A stretch of DNA of 58,507 bases, filler included, from Sphacelaria rigidula (taxonomy: Eukaryota), in assembly GCA_964200075.2 (NCBI GenBank). It is 4 parts of 4 records of this genome, joined end to end, with 100 filler letters (N's around TTAATTAATTAA, not from the genome) between each part and the next. Parts side by side here need not be neighbours in the genome. Positions count along the whole stretch, not along the records: positions 1 to 14,555 come from CAXNAA020002184.1; positions 14,656 to 29,210 come from CAXNAA020002185.1; 2 more parts are not named here. One strand, 5' to 3'. Both the position numbers and the translations under genes were made by a program. Positions 12,215-24,100 of the stretch are shown in pieces; positions within the stretch are counted from its first letter, which is position 1, and each line of letters opens with the position of its first letter. The notes under the pieces were generated by a model. It saw nothing but the letters and a program-made list of their open reading frames with translations. It did not search any database and had not been told where the DNA came from.

Positions 12215-12728
12215 CGTCCAACGATTCTCTGAGTCGTTGGAGTCGTAGTCGTTCAATCAGCCGTCGTCTTTTTTCAATTTCGTCGTGAGAATCGACCCTG
12301 AGTCGTCGCCATATTTTCGAGGATCGGGTGAATAATGATTCATCTGAATATTACTTGATTTCAGTGTAGTGGATTCGTCCGTACGAATCAATCCTTGGGT
12401 TTTGTTTTCAGTGTTGTAACCCAGGTACGCGCACCCCAGGCACGTGAAATGGCGCAAAATTGCGCGGAGATTTTTTTTCACCCGCGATCATTTTTCTTCG
12501 CTCTTTCGAGCAATCAGGCCTTGAAAATCGTATATGTGGTGATTTGAACCGGCGATGATTCGTCCAAACCTTGAAAATTTCGAATTCAGTCGTACGAGTG
12601 GACTGAGTCGCCCCCATTTTCGAATTCAGTCGTATGAGTCGACTGTGCGTCGTCCCTCGTGTGTCAAATTAAGTCGTCGGAGTCGAAAATTACGACTCGA
12701 GTATACATCACGACAGAGTCGTTGGACG
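12215..12728. mobile_element. MITE-like element with short TIRs and many internal (G)AGTCG motifs
   Basis: Left end CGTCCAACGATTCT, right end AGAGTCGTTGGACG; about 10 AGTCG motifs near the ends; non-coding; next to a (TAA)n tract. Confidence 0.6.
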
Positions 12729-13755
12729 TGCGGAAACGAACTTCGTGGCGGGACTGTCGGCACATCACTCTGAAAATCTAGTGTGGTTCCTTTCAGGACA
12801 ACCCCTTTCCGCCCGGCAACGGCGGCAACCCTCCCGACTTCAAGCATCGCCGGAGCCAATTCGAGGGAAGTTCTCCACCACTGCCTGTCTTACTGCAAGG
12901 TAATTGCCTCTTCCCTGAAATGCTGTCTATACAGGTATTGTTTGGCGCGGCGGCGGTGGCACGTATCAATTGACGCTCATGTTCCACCAGAATCCATCTG
13001 AGGTGCAATTCCGTACGCTGCATGGATTCCTTTGTGCTGGAGTGGGTACACTGTCGTGATATCCAATCTCGATCCTGCCACCCATATGAATCCAATATGG
13101 TGTGTCTTAGAGATACCCAAGCAATAGGAGGATGAGAGTCCACGCCATCGTGTCATCGCATTATGCATCACCCATTTCGAACATAGTAGGCGACAGACCG
13201 GCTTTCAACGCAAAAGCGTTTTTGAATTTTTGAAAAACGTATCGGAAACGATAGCTCGCGGTAATTTGGACCATCCAGGTCCAGCTCTCACCAGATTGGA
13301 ACACCCCACCAACCCTCTCAGCTGATAAAGAAGGTTATCCTGAGAGCTCATGCGAGTTGCACGGAGGAGGAGTCAAAGATCAACTCGTAACGTGTCCACT
13401 GTTGGTAGGAGACTAGGACACTGAGGAAGCACCTATACCGTTTTGTCGTGATTATTATACTACACAGAGTACTTGTCTATATTGGAATATGATCGTTAGT
13501 TTTGATGCAAATGGAAGATAATAAACTATATTTAGCGTTTCAGGTGCGGAAGATGGTGTTGATTGTAAGGTGACAATATCCAAGCGAGGGTGGCTCGGCT
13601 GGAGCAAGCGTCGACGCGCCTGTCGTCGAGTGTAGCCATCAAGGAAAACACTAGTACTCATAAAGTTCAGGCCTATTATGGATAGTAAAGAGACATGGCC
13701 ATGCAGCAGGCTATATTGGCAGCATGCAATCTATCTACAGCTGTACTACAGAATG

Positions 13756-14142
13756 GCAGTAGCACGGGTCGACCCCCAAGGCGCCGCCCCCCCGCTTGGC
13801 CGTGTACCCAGGCAACGGGCAGCACGTCACCGTGCAGTACTGTATAAGTAGCCTGATACGGGACTTATACCACCATGCTGTATGTCGCATATGCAAGGTG
13901 CATGCCTCAATGCACTTGATGTGCGTTGAACATAACGCCGATTTATAACTGATGAACGGCAATAGCACGGCTCGGCCCGCAAGGCGCTGGCGCCCCACCC
14001 GGCCGTGCACCCAGGAAACAGGCAGGGCGTCACGGTGCAGTACTGTAGGAGTAGCCTGATACGGAACTTGTACCACCATGCTGTATGTCGCATGCACAAG
14101 GAGCATGCTTCGATGCACAACGGATGCATTGAACAGAATGCC
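13756..14142. repeat. Tandem duplication, period about 202 bp
   Basis: GGCAGTAGCACGG at 13756 and GGCAATAGCACGG at 13958 start colinear copies, both containing GTGCAGTACTGTA ... CACCATGCTGTATGTCGCAT. Confidence 0.9.
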
Positions 14143-14487
14143 GGTCGCAGCAAGAGATAAGATTACCATGTGCTTGTTCGGGGACATCATCTTCACTCAG
14201 ACTTTGGATGGTGAAAACGTTCCAAGCACAGAGTTTACACGTGACCATCGTTATATCCAGCACCAGCAGCACTCGTTTGGATACATCTTCGTTTATCTGG
14301 CCCTGACAGATGAAAAAGCACGAGCCGGTGATCTTACACATGACACTGGTCGTCCACCACCATCAGTTGCTCGGGAAGATCGTTTTGAGTTCAAACGTGG
14401 CAGATGAACAGGTATGATCCAACGATTACACATTATCGCACCTTGGACAATATATGGTCAACAGTTGCACTAGTCAAGAAACGTACT

Positions 14488-14555
14488 GCATAAAGTACAG
14501 GCCTATTGCGACTATTGTCGGCCGGCAATAGTTGTAATAGGCCTGTACTTTATGC
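14488..14555. repeat. 68-bp near-perfect palindrome at the contig end
   Basis: GCATAAAGTACAGGCCTATTGCGACTATTGTCGG / CCGGCAATAGTTGTAATAGGCCTGTACTTTATGC, with three mismatches. Confidence 0.9.
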
Positions 14556-14655
14556 NNNNNNNNNNNNNNNNNNNNNNNNNNNNNNNNNNNNNNNNNNNNT
14601 TAATTAATTAANNNNNNNNNNNNNNNNNNNNNNNNNNNNNNNNNNNNNNNNNNNN
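14556..14655. other. Artificial contig linker
   Basis: 100 nt of N around TTAATTAATTAA (stops in all six frames). Confidence 0.98.
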
Positions 14656-15133
14656 TGGCCATTTTTTGTACTTTTCCTAGGCAAAAACGAGAAGGTATAC
14701 CTTTTCTAGGCCAGTGCCCTTTTTATTTCCGTACTACCGTCTTGCCCTAGCGGTTTGCTAATACAGTGCATTTCAAAACCGGCCGAGTGTGGTAGAGGAT
14801 TCGAATCCCAGCCGTGCTATTCCTTTCCAAGGAGTATCTAATTTCCGTCCTCGACAGTCCTTGACAGTCCATGCGGTGCGAGGCTGAGCCAAGTAGCGAT
14901 AGCAAACTGCCAGGCACGTACCGAGGGAGAGGTGAGATCTTCGAGACTAGACACTCTTGCCGAGGAGGAGCAGGGATGAATGGATAACAAGTGGAGCTTT
15001 TGTGTATCAGAGGCATCAGGCTTGGAGGCAAGATGAGAATCGCGGTCGTGATGGCATATAGATCCCAGCAAGACAGACGACGCTGATGATATTTCATTTT
15101 GCAGGAATCAACGGGTTCGCACTAACCACTAAC

Positions 15134-18100
15134 CTTGCTGACACCTCCGACAAGGAACCATGTTGTTTGATGTGGGTGTGAAGGTCGCCTCGTGAGGCGT
15201 ACTCCAGGACGAGGTATGCTCCATCCCGCCAACGGAACGCAGAAATCAGACGTGCGATGCCCGGGTGGCTCAAGACTCGCAAGCAAGCAATCTCGTTCGT
15301 TACGCTCTTCTCATAGTGCAATTCCTGCAAAACGTGTTTGGACAGATGCTTCAGTGGTTGACTTAAACATCATGGTATATTGCTCATCATCAGGGTATCC
15401 TGCCATCTCAAGGCGCGTTTGCCTGTCCCGGACGTCACTTTCGGGAGGAAAATCATGGGAAAGGAACTATAGGGGATATACAGGTGCAATGGAGGTGGTG
15501 CTGATGGGGTGTAGGGATCAGGGGAAGGGGTGAAATTAATCAGCAGACACGAAACCAGGGACGGGAAGAGGATACAAAAAAGAGCTGTGACCATAAAAAG
15601 GTGTCAACGTGGGCATAATCGGCAGCATGTGGCGAACAAAGATACGTCAGATTGGCCGGTCGCCACGGTGGCTGTTGGTAACCTCGAAACGTCCTGACGG
15701 TTGGGTCGTGGGTTCGAATCATGGTGCAGTCACACCATCTGGGATTTTTTCTCACACAATGCCCAACAGGGGAGGGCGAATATAGTATGTCGTGGGTACA
15801 CAAAATTCGACTTCACGGTCGACGAGAGAAAGGGACTGCTGAACCTTTCTCGCGATGAAAAATAAGGCAAGCACCGCAGACGGAAGGTCAAGTACAAAAC
15901 CGAAAAAAAAAAAGACCTTTGTTGGCCTTCCTCCTGTCTGACCCTGGCTGATGCGCCCACATATACCAAAAGATTTAGACTGATGTCCATAATACATGGG
16001 ATGAAAACACAACACACACAGTACTCAGAAATGGAAAACTGTGATAAAAAGGTGTTGCCCACCAACAGTGGAGACAAGCATTGATATCTCGTCATCATAG
16101 GTCAGATTTGGTGAATTATTCGCAAACTTGCAGACGTGCTAAGCACTATCCCGCTCTTTCCTTCCGTTTTTCTTGTAAGACATGTGTAGAGAGGTACACC
16201 ACGTTTACTCGGCAAAAACGGCTACATCAGGGTCAAGTCTAGTTGCTTTTGAGCCGCGAAAACAGCGCACTGACAACTGTACCCTGAAAGGGGCAAAAAC
16301 AAGGTGCATCCTTTCATGGCCACTACCCGATGAAAGAAGTACGACCATGATAGCAGGAACAAGTAAGCTATAAGAGCTGGGCTATTTGTTATAGCCAAGA
16401 ATCCCACATTCCTTCGGCACGTATAAATAGTAACTTCTTCAGTTTTCCGAATCAGCCCGACGGCAGTTTATCGCTATGAACTGCATACCAACCTACTCAT
16501 GGCATGCTTCGCCGCTGTTCGATTAGCGCAGTTTTGGCGATGATATCATTCAGTACAGTGTGCGCTTCAAATCGTCTCTTCTTCACATCGTGTTCTCCGT
16601 ATTTTATCTCGTTTTTCGTGCAGGGTTCATTATTCTGTACCCGCGATCGCGAATCCACTGCTGCACAAAATATGAAGAACGCTGCCCAATGTGCATGGAC
16701 TTTCTAGACATTAGTTTTTAATTCAACCCTTGGCTGGACGTTCCATGGAGCGTTTGCGTTTCTCGAAGCGGTAGAAGGAAGGGAAGGAAGGAAAGGAAGA
16801 GGAGGAAGAGTTACAATTATTGTCACATTTTTCAACTGACTCCAAGTTACGTTTTTGTTTCTCTTTAAAAACAAATCTGTCACAACCCGCACTGATGACA
16901 TACATCCTGCGCCAAATTTATTGCTCTCCACACCTAAAAATCAGCCCTGCAAAGCTAGTTCGGCAGAAGCATCGCCCTTGCCTAGCCCATCTGTAACTCC
17001 TAGTTATTTACAGGGTTGAACAGTACCCGCGATCACATTTGCACTGTCACTCATACAGTGGAATACTCTGCCCAGTTATAGGCGTTTCGAGCCGAAACTT
17101 TACAAGGATCTTCTCCACGCATGTTGAAAAAATTCCACGGAAATTCATTTAGTTTTTTCTTCATTGAATAACGGAATTTCTCTCGAATAAAGTCCAATCG
17201 CTTTAACTTTATCTTTACTTATCTTCCCTTATTGGCAACTTCCGCTATTTTCCGCGTATTGGTGTAAATCTTGTGTCAAAATTTCAAAACTTTCAGCTCC
17301 CAACTGAAATAATGCAGGGCAAACTATTCAACCGTCAACAGAGATTCTCGGTTGGCCTAGCTCATTCGTTTGATGAGCATATTCGACCCTCGCATCGGGG
17401 CATAATTCCTTCAGAAGTCATGCTTGTAGCAAGCGAATCACTTATACCAATACAAACCATCCACCCTGCAAGAAATTATGGGTGATTGTTGCAACTCCGA
17501 TCCCCTCCCCTCCTCAGCACGAGTCAGTAGTCTCAACAGATCAACTTATTTCTCCCCCGTCCGCCGCCCGTTATCTGCATTACATTACGCTATACCACGG
17601 AGCGTTAGATCACAACTCCTGTCGGTCGACTTCCATGGAATTATTCTGGCCTGATTCTCCTTCCAGTGTTTTTGAACAACGAGAACGGACAGCAGGACGT
17701 GACGGCTAGGATTCGAACGCATTAAATCCGCCCAAGCTAGTGATGGTGACAGTGATGGTCGTGGGGTACAAGTGCCATTACCGGGGCCACAAGGTGAGAA
17801 TGATTGCTCACCTTGATTTTGGTGGTGCTGATAATCTTGACGGCAAACTCTGGCCAATCGCCTTGGGGCCTTCCTTTCGTGATCTGTCGCGCGTATTTGA
17901 CGGAGCTGAAACTACCCTGGCCGAGCTCATGCCCAAACACCAGGTCGTGAAACCTGTTCGGGAACGGTACATCACGAATCTTCGCATAGCGTTCTTGACA
18001 AGCAGTTCTACAACAACCGGGACTCTTGGAATATTCCGCCACACGCTACAACATCGCTGAACCTCACCAACTCGCGGAACTCCGCCACGGGAGCAAAAGA

Positions 18101-21100
18101 TTCAACACGAATTCCGACCCGCTACAAATCAAGTGTAGGCATACCTCAAATCTGGAAGCAGCGTCGGTGTTGGCTCTAGTTGCTGCTCTCGCCATGAACC
18201 CGCTTGTCCCTCCACGTGTTTTGGCTTAAGTTCCTGGATGAACTCTCGAACTCTCCGAAGACCCGCGCCCGTACGTTTGCCAGAACTGGTGTCGTTGACC
18301 GTATGGGCTATGGATCCCATAGGTGAAGACGAATCGGCAGTCGCCTTTTCGCTCGCTCCTGTGTGTGGGTGTGTGTGTGTGTGTGTGTGCGTGTGTGTTG
18401 GGGGTTGGGGGGGGGGAAGGCGGACGTACTCATTCGTTGCTTGCCCTAGTCGCTTGATCATTGACCGCGCATCCCTCACGAAACGGAGCACTGTTCCTAC
18501 TCGTAATAGAGACACCTCCAACATTTGGGCGTTCATCATGTTTCTTCTATACATGACACGAAAACCGTTTACATCTCTCATCCCCGTCCTGTTTCGCCGT
18601 CTGTGGCCACCATCTATCTCCTAGTATAACCATCGTTTTCTCACTACTGTCTAATATGTCAAACGATTTCATGCCAGATTCGTTTATTTTCTACATTTCC
18701 CTCTCTAACACGTCCCGTTCCTCCTTGTATAGTTCACACTTTGCCACTATATGAGTTTTTCTCTCCATTGCTTTGCCACAGGGGTAATTCTGTGCATCTA
18801 CTTCCTCCTTCACTCGACTCCTGGTACACCTCTTCCGTCTTTCTAGTAGGGCCAGGTCTCCCACCCGAAATCACGGTTTCAACTTTTTCGCCGCGTCCAT
18901 GACGCCATGCAGATATGTTTTCATTCTCATCCTCTCTTTCAACCCCCCGTATATCTTCAGGTGTTCTTCTTCGACTACTGTCGGTCTTAGCGCTTATTTT
19001 CCCCTTATTTTTATCATGCCTCCTACTTTCGTCTTGTACCGACCACATTCACGTATGGATAATATTTTGTCTTGGTTTCCTCCTTTCTCTTTCCATACTT
19101 TCTCGACTACGGTATCCCGCCTTATTCCAGCCTGCCTTTCGTCAGTTTCCTCCATACAGCCCTATAAACTGTGGCTGGTAATTTCTTCTTCGGCATGCCC
19201 CTTACGCAATATTGCCATGTCACTGTTCTCGTGTCTCTTTTGTTTGAAGTGGGTATGATCCCAACTCAGCTCTCAATGCTGCACTACGCGCCGTTTTTGA
19301 CCATCCAAGTACTTCTCTAGTTGCTGCCATCTGTACTGCTTACAGCTTCGTACCATCTTCGCGTTTTCCTCCCATACTTCTCATGCATCATCCAGCTTTG
19401 TCACTATCACGTTTATCAGCATATATTTCTTAATTCTAGTATCTAGGTGCGAACCTCTCAGGATCACGTCCATCTTGCCCATCTGTTCCTTAGCCTTTTT
19501 TATTACTCGGATTATGTGTGCATCCCACGACCAGTTTTTTTAGACCTCTGCGCCGAGGTATGTACATAGGTCTACGATCGGCAGTTTCTCTTCTCCCCAC
19601 TTCCATTCGAACTCTACCGGGTATTGCTTATCTTCGCAACATGGAAGTATCGCGCATTTGTTCACATTCGCCGTCATTCTCCATTTCCTAGTGCACTCTA
19701 GCGCCTTCTCTATTTGCGTTTTCATTTTTGCTGGTGTTTCTGATATCCCCACGAAATCATCCGCGACCATGAATCCCGATACTGTATCTTCTCCTACCTT
19801 GACTCGCTCCTGTGGGCATGTCCGCTGTTCCCGCAACGTCCAAGACAGCATTGTTTGACCTGATCAACAAGATCAACCAAATCGAATACGAAATGGGCGT
19901 GTGAGAGACAGCCAAGTAGCAGCGAGTCCCAGAAGAAGAGATGGGGTGAGACATGCAGCACCTCGCCCACGATCTTCGTCGTAAAGGCGCAACCCACCGA
20001 GCTACTCACCGGTTATCGCTCACGTCGGGTACAGCAGAGTCACACGGCAAAGGTCTCTTTAGTGTGTACGGCGGTAGGGTCTTCCCCTGTCCACTCATCC
20101 GAGACGATTTCACCCCACGTGCGACTCTAGACGCACCGGATGGCGGAGCTGTTTGGAAGGCCCATGGGGCCACTCCCGTTATTGTTGCAGGGGGGTTTTG
20201 AGCGACCTTCGGGGCGCCCGGTTGCCGAATGCCATCTTTAGCTGGAGGCCTCCAGGTTCCCATTGCGGCTGCAAGCGTCGTGGGTGGGAGGGGATGGTCA
20301 GCTGTTCCACTGGCTTTCGGAGTGACCTGACATTCACCGAGTGCAGAGGCCAAGAAGTGAAGCGTGTGGGCATATCTGGTGCTTCATCGGCGAGTTATGT
20401 TTATTGTGAAGCTAAAAGACTGAAAATAAGACCTTTTCGGTCTTTGCCGTACATACGCACATGAGCACGGCACGGGTACATCGATCCGTCGATAGGTCTT
20501 TCGCAGCTATGTTGACATGCTTTTGAAGCACCGAACTCTGTCGGTTAGTAGCAAGCAACTTTCAGTACAGTGTTGTGCCGTTTGGATCATCAATGGCTAT
20601 CGCCAAAAAGGTCAACTTGAAGTCAGTTTGCTCTTGATATAATCCATCAGCGGATAGGTGGCTAAGTTGCCATTGCATCGTTGCATCAGACTACTTACTT
20701 GACAACAAAACCCCGAACAGGTTGGGAGCCCTGGAAAAAAAATAGACACAAAAAAAATCCTGACAGCCCGTTTAAGGGTACGAGCTGGGCCAGCGTAGAG
20801 ACGAAGTCGAGCTGTCACAGCCATATCTCATCCACGCAGTCGAATTGGGCCGTGATCTGCGGATGTCCTTGATCGTTTAATTAAGGGAAGGTTGCCCAGC
20901 TACTGAAGTGCCCAGTCAGATAATGTTCTGTTTGATTGAATGTCATGTAGAGTACATTCCGTGACGTACGGAGGTATCTTGAATGTAGAGCCTGCAAAAC
21001 CTGTCACATAATGATCAGCGATGGCGCTGATTTATAGTGTGAACATCCCTTGGAGATCGGGGAAACGATCGATACCCTCACCTTCAATTAATGTGTTACC

Positions 21101-24100
21101 TGACGAGAAATACGGCGTTTTATATCTATCGCACTATTTTTTATATATTTTGCAATAAATGTGCTACATTTGTAATCGGCAGCTTGGTGTTGGCTTGTGA
21201 TTAAACTTTGGTTTGGAAAATCGCAAGGGCACGATTCAAGAAAAACTGCGTCACATAGAGATTTTTCCCCCCATGACTTGAGGACGTTTTCGACAAACAT
21301 GAATCGTGCTTCTTGCCCTCAACTCATGAGAAAACGGAAGCGCCATGTCTCGCATATTTGCTTTTTATTATTATGCCCCAGCGATTGTGCATACCAAATA
21401 TCAAAGAACAACTTTCGAAACTGAGCTGCCAAACTCCCGGCAGCCTAGAGATCCATCGTTCCTAGGCCAGCTTGTATTCCCAAATGATTTGCGATGAACG
21501 AGTGTATGATGGGTTGACAGCACCACATGTACGTTCTGTGATCATTACGCTTACCTGAGCACTTGGCACACTAGGTACGCTTTCCTTTTCAGCGCTGTCT
21601 AGCGTCACGTCGGCGACAGGAGACGTCCCAGCCCCCCACAAGGTCTCGCACGCACTTGCGAACGTCTCAGGGTCCAGCTTTTCCAGAGATTCCAAGACGT
21701 GCGCTGTCATCTGTACATTACCGCCCAAACAAGGGTTGAGGCTCATTTGAGGCACAATGCATATGCGGTGCAATCGCATATTTTGTTCTCGGCTTCGTAA
21801 GCTGGCGTTTTCGAGTGCTGGTTCTTCAGTGATGGTGATACACCAATAGCTGGGTCCTCACAGGCCGACCTTCCATCTCGTGTCTTTCAAAAACCGTAAA
21901 TCAACCGTGTCCACGAGGCAAAGACCACATGATCGGGTACTCATGGGTACCTATTCATGATAGTTGTATTAATAGTTTGAGGAGGCAGTTACGAGGCCAC
22001 GAGCAGGTCTGTATCGAGTAGCGGCAAGACCCCGCATGAGTCTCTGGGATCTGCTGCCGAAAATCTACGCCGAAAACAGGTGCAAATAGGTGCAACATGG
22101 TACCCGCCTTCGTCACCGTTGGATTCCAGCACGGCTCGCCGCCGCGAAGAAGTGCAGAAACAAGGGGCTCCATAACCTGTCCAGTTTGCCTGCCCAGTAG
22201 CTCCATGAAATCGTCGTCCTTGAAAAGGAAGAGGGCACGCTCCACCACTCGACTGTTGTCGACGCGTAAGCATTCCAGGATCTGCTTAGAGTAACAGGGG
22301 CGAAAACCTTCTTAGCTCTTCGGGTTCTGGATACTAACATGCAGGCTTCAGGTCCTGCAACGAAGAGAGCTTACCTCGTCCAAGGATGACGAAGTTGTTC
22401 CTCAAAGCAGAAGGTGCGCTGAAATAGAAGGAAGTGACAGACGACTGTTCCATTCGACGATCAAGCACGTGCCAGCGTCAAGACACTCAGTCTGCGTGGC
22501 AACAAGAGTTTCAGAATGTGACGAAAAACAGCGAGGTGTGCACCGGTACAGTAACATCGGCTCTGATGCCGCCAATCCCTCAAGCAATCCCTCAAGCACA
22601 TCATTTGTTGCATGTCTAGGTTCAGTCCACACAAATCCTCAAGTCCTGACGCACCTTTGGCATCACCACGTGCAAGCCAGCTCCACACCTATCCGGACGC
22701 ACGAACTTGAACAAAGTCCCGACTTCATGCAAAAGCATTACCTCCTGGGACAGAAAAAACAGAGAATGTGTTGCATGTGACAGGTATGGGTCGCGCAAGT
22801 CAGTGCTACTGACTGTAGGGGAGAAACCAGCACCACACCAATCAAACATGGACATGGCAGAATCTGACCAACCCTGCGCGGCGGATCACACTCAGAGACC
22901 TCTCAAGTGCACCGGCACTTGGTCTGACCCCGAATGAAGCTACCAACGAAGTAGTCACGGCAACTACGAGTCCAAGTATGTTCACACAAACTCTCCCTCC
23001 TAGATTTTTTCAAACGGAGAGTATTGGCTTGGCTTGAACCTTTACAACAACTCGAATACCATGGCAACTTTTTTCCAACTCCAGGAGCCATGCCACCTCA
23101 CATTGTGTGTACGGTGGATGCAAGGGTTATTTTCGTGCAGAGTGGAAGATTTGGTATGCACTCAGGAATCGATACCCTGCACTACTGCGAACAGCAGTTT
23201 GGACTGGGCGCCAAACGACGGTGTCGTAGTTTACAGACCTTGGGCGTATTGCTGTCGAAACCTTGCGGCCATGCTGCCACAATAGCCTCCAATACGGTTT
23301 GCACCAAATCGGCTTCTCTCTCCAAAAAGGGCACCAAGCAGGCCACCAGTGCTTCGTGGTAGCTCCCGATGAGTGGCTCCTGGGTGCCCCATACGAGCAT
23401 CTGGTTAGGCTCGTGAAGGGGAAGCAAAATATCCACCAGCAGCGACCTGTGGACCTTCGTGACACAAGACAGTACGTGGCAACCAGTGACAATGCGGTGT
23501 ATTGTGTATTGAACGAAATATTCAGCGGAGATATGATTCTTGTTTCGAGATGTGGAGCGGATGTCTAGTATCTCCCGATCTCCAAACTTCCGGATCAAAC
23601 CATCACTGCGATGAGCGGTGGCACGCGAAAAAAACTACTGAAAATCGAGGACTACGAAAAAGTGACAAAAATCCCCTAGTTCAGCTGTAAACCTCAAACT
23701 TCTGCAATACAACATTGCGGCGCAATAGCCCCTGAAGTGTGAGAATGCCTCCTCTTCCAGATACGGTGTTGCAACACCATATTCCTCTCTGGTTGTATTG
23801 GTCCCCCTACTCCGTTGTCTGCCCCTTGCGTTTTCTTTGCTTCTGGGGTGGTCATGGGACAATGGCCAGCCGCACGGTGTACTTGTCACTATCCCGGCTG
23901 CACATTTGGCATTCCCGTATGCAATTTTTTCCCCACGAAAAGGCTCGATTCTGTGTTAGGGAAGAATCGATGTTTTGTGCAGAAGCGGGAAGAATTTTCC
24001 CACATGTTTATGGTGGTTGCAGTATCTAGAAGCCATTTCAGAACACATTGACATGCAAGATTACCTGTGTGATGAACCCAGTGAGTCAGTTCAGTGTGGG

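Noticed and set aside
14078-14407. LYVACTR resembling SF1 helicase motif VI (Helitron)
   Set aside because: There is an in-frame stop just upstream, no other helicase motifs are present, and it lies within a tandem duplication.
15655-15735. Functional tRNA genes at the SINE heads and at 38761 and ~30800
   Set aside because: A/B boxes are present but there is no acceptor stem or complete cloverleaf; the S1 heads continue into a shared repeat body.
19808-19903. Plus-strand peptide ATSKTALFDLINKINQIEYEMGV*
   Set aside because: It looks protein-like but is short, lacks splice support and has no recognisable family.
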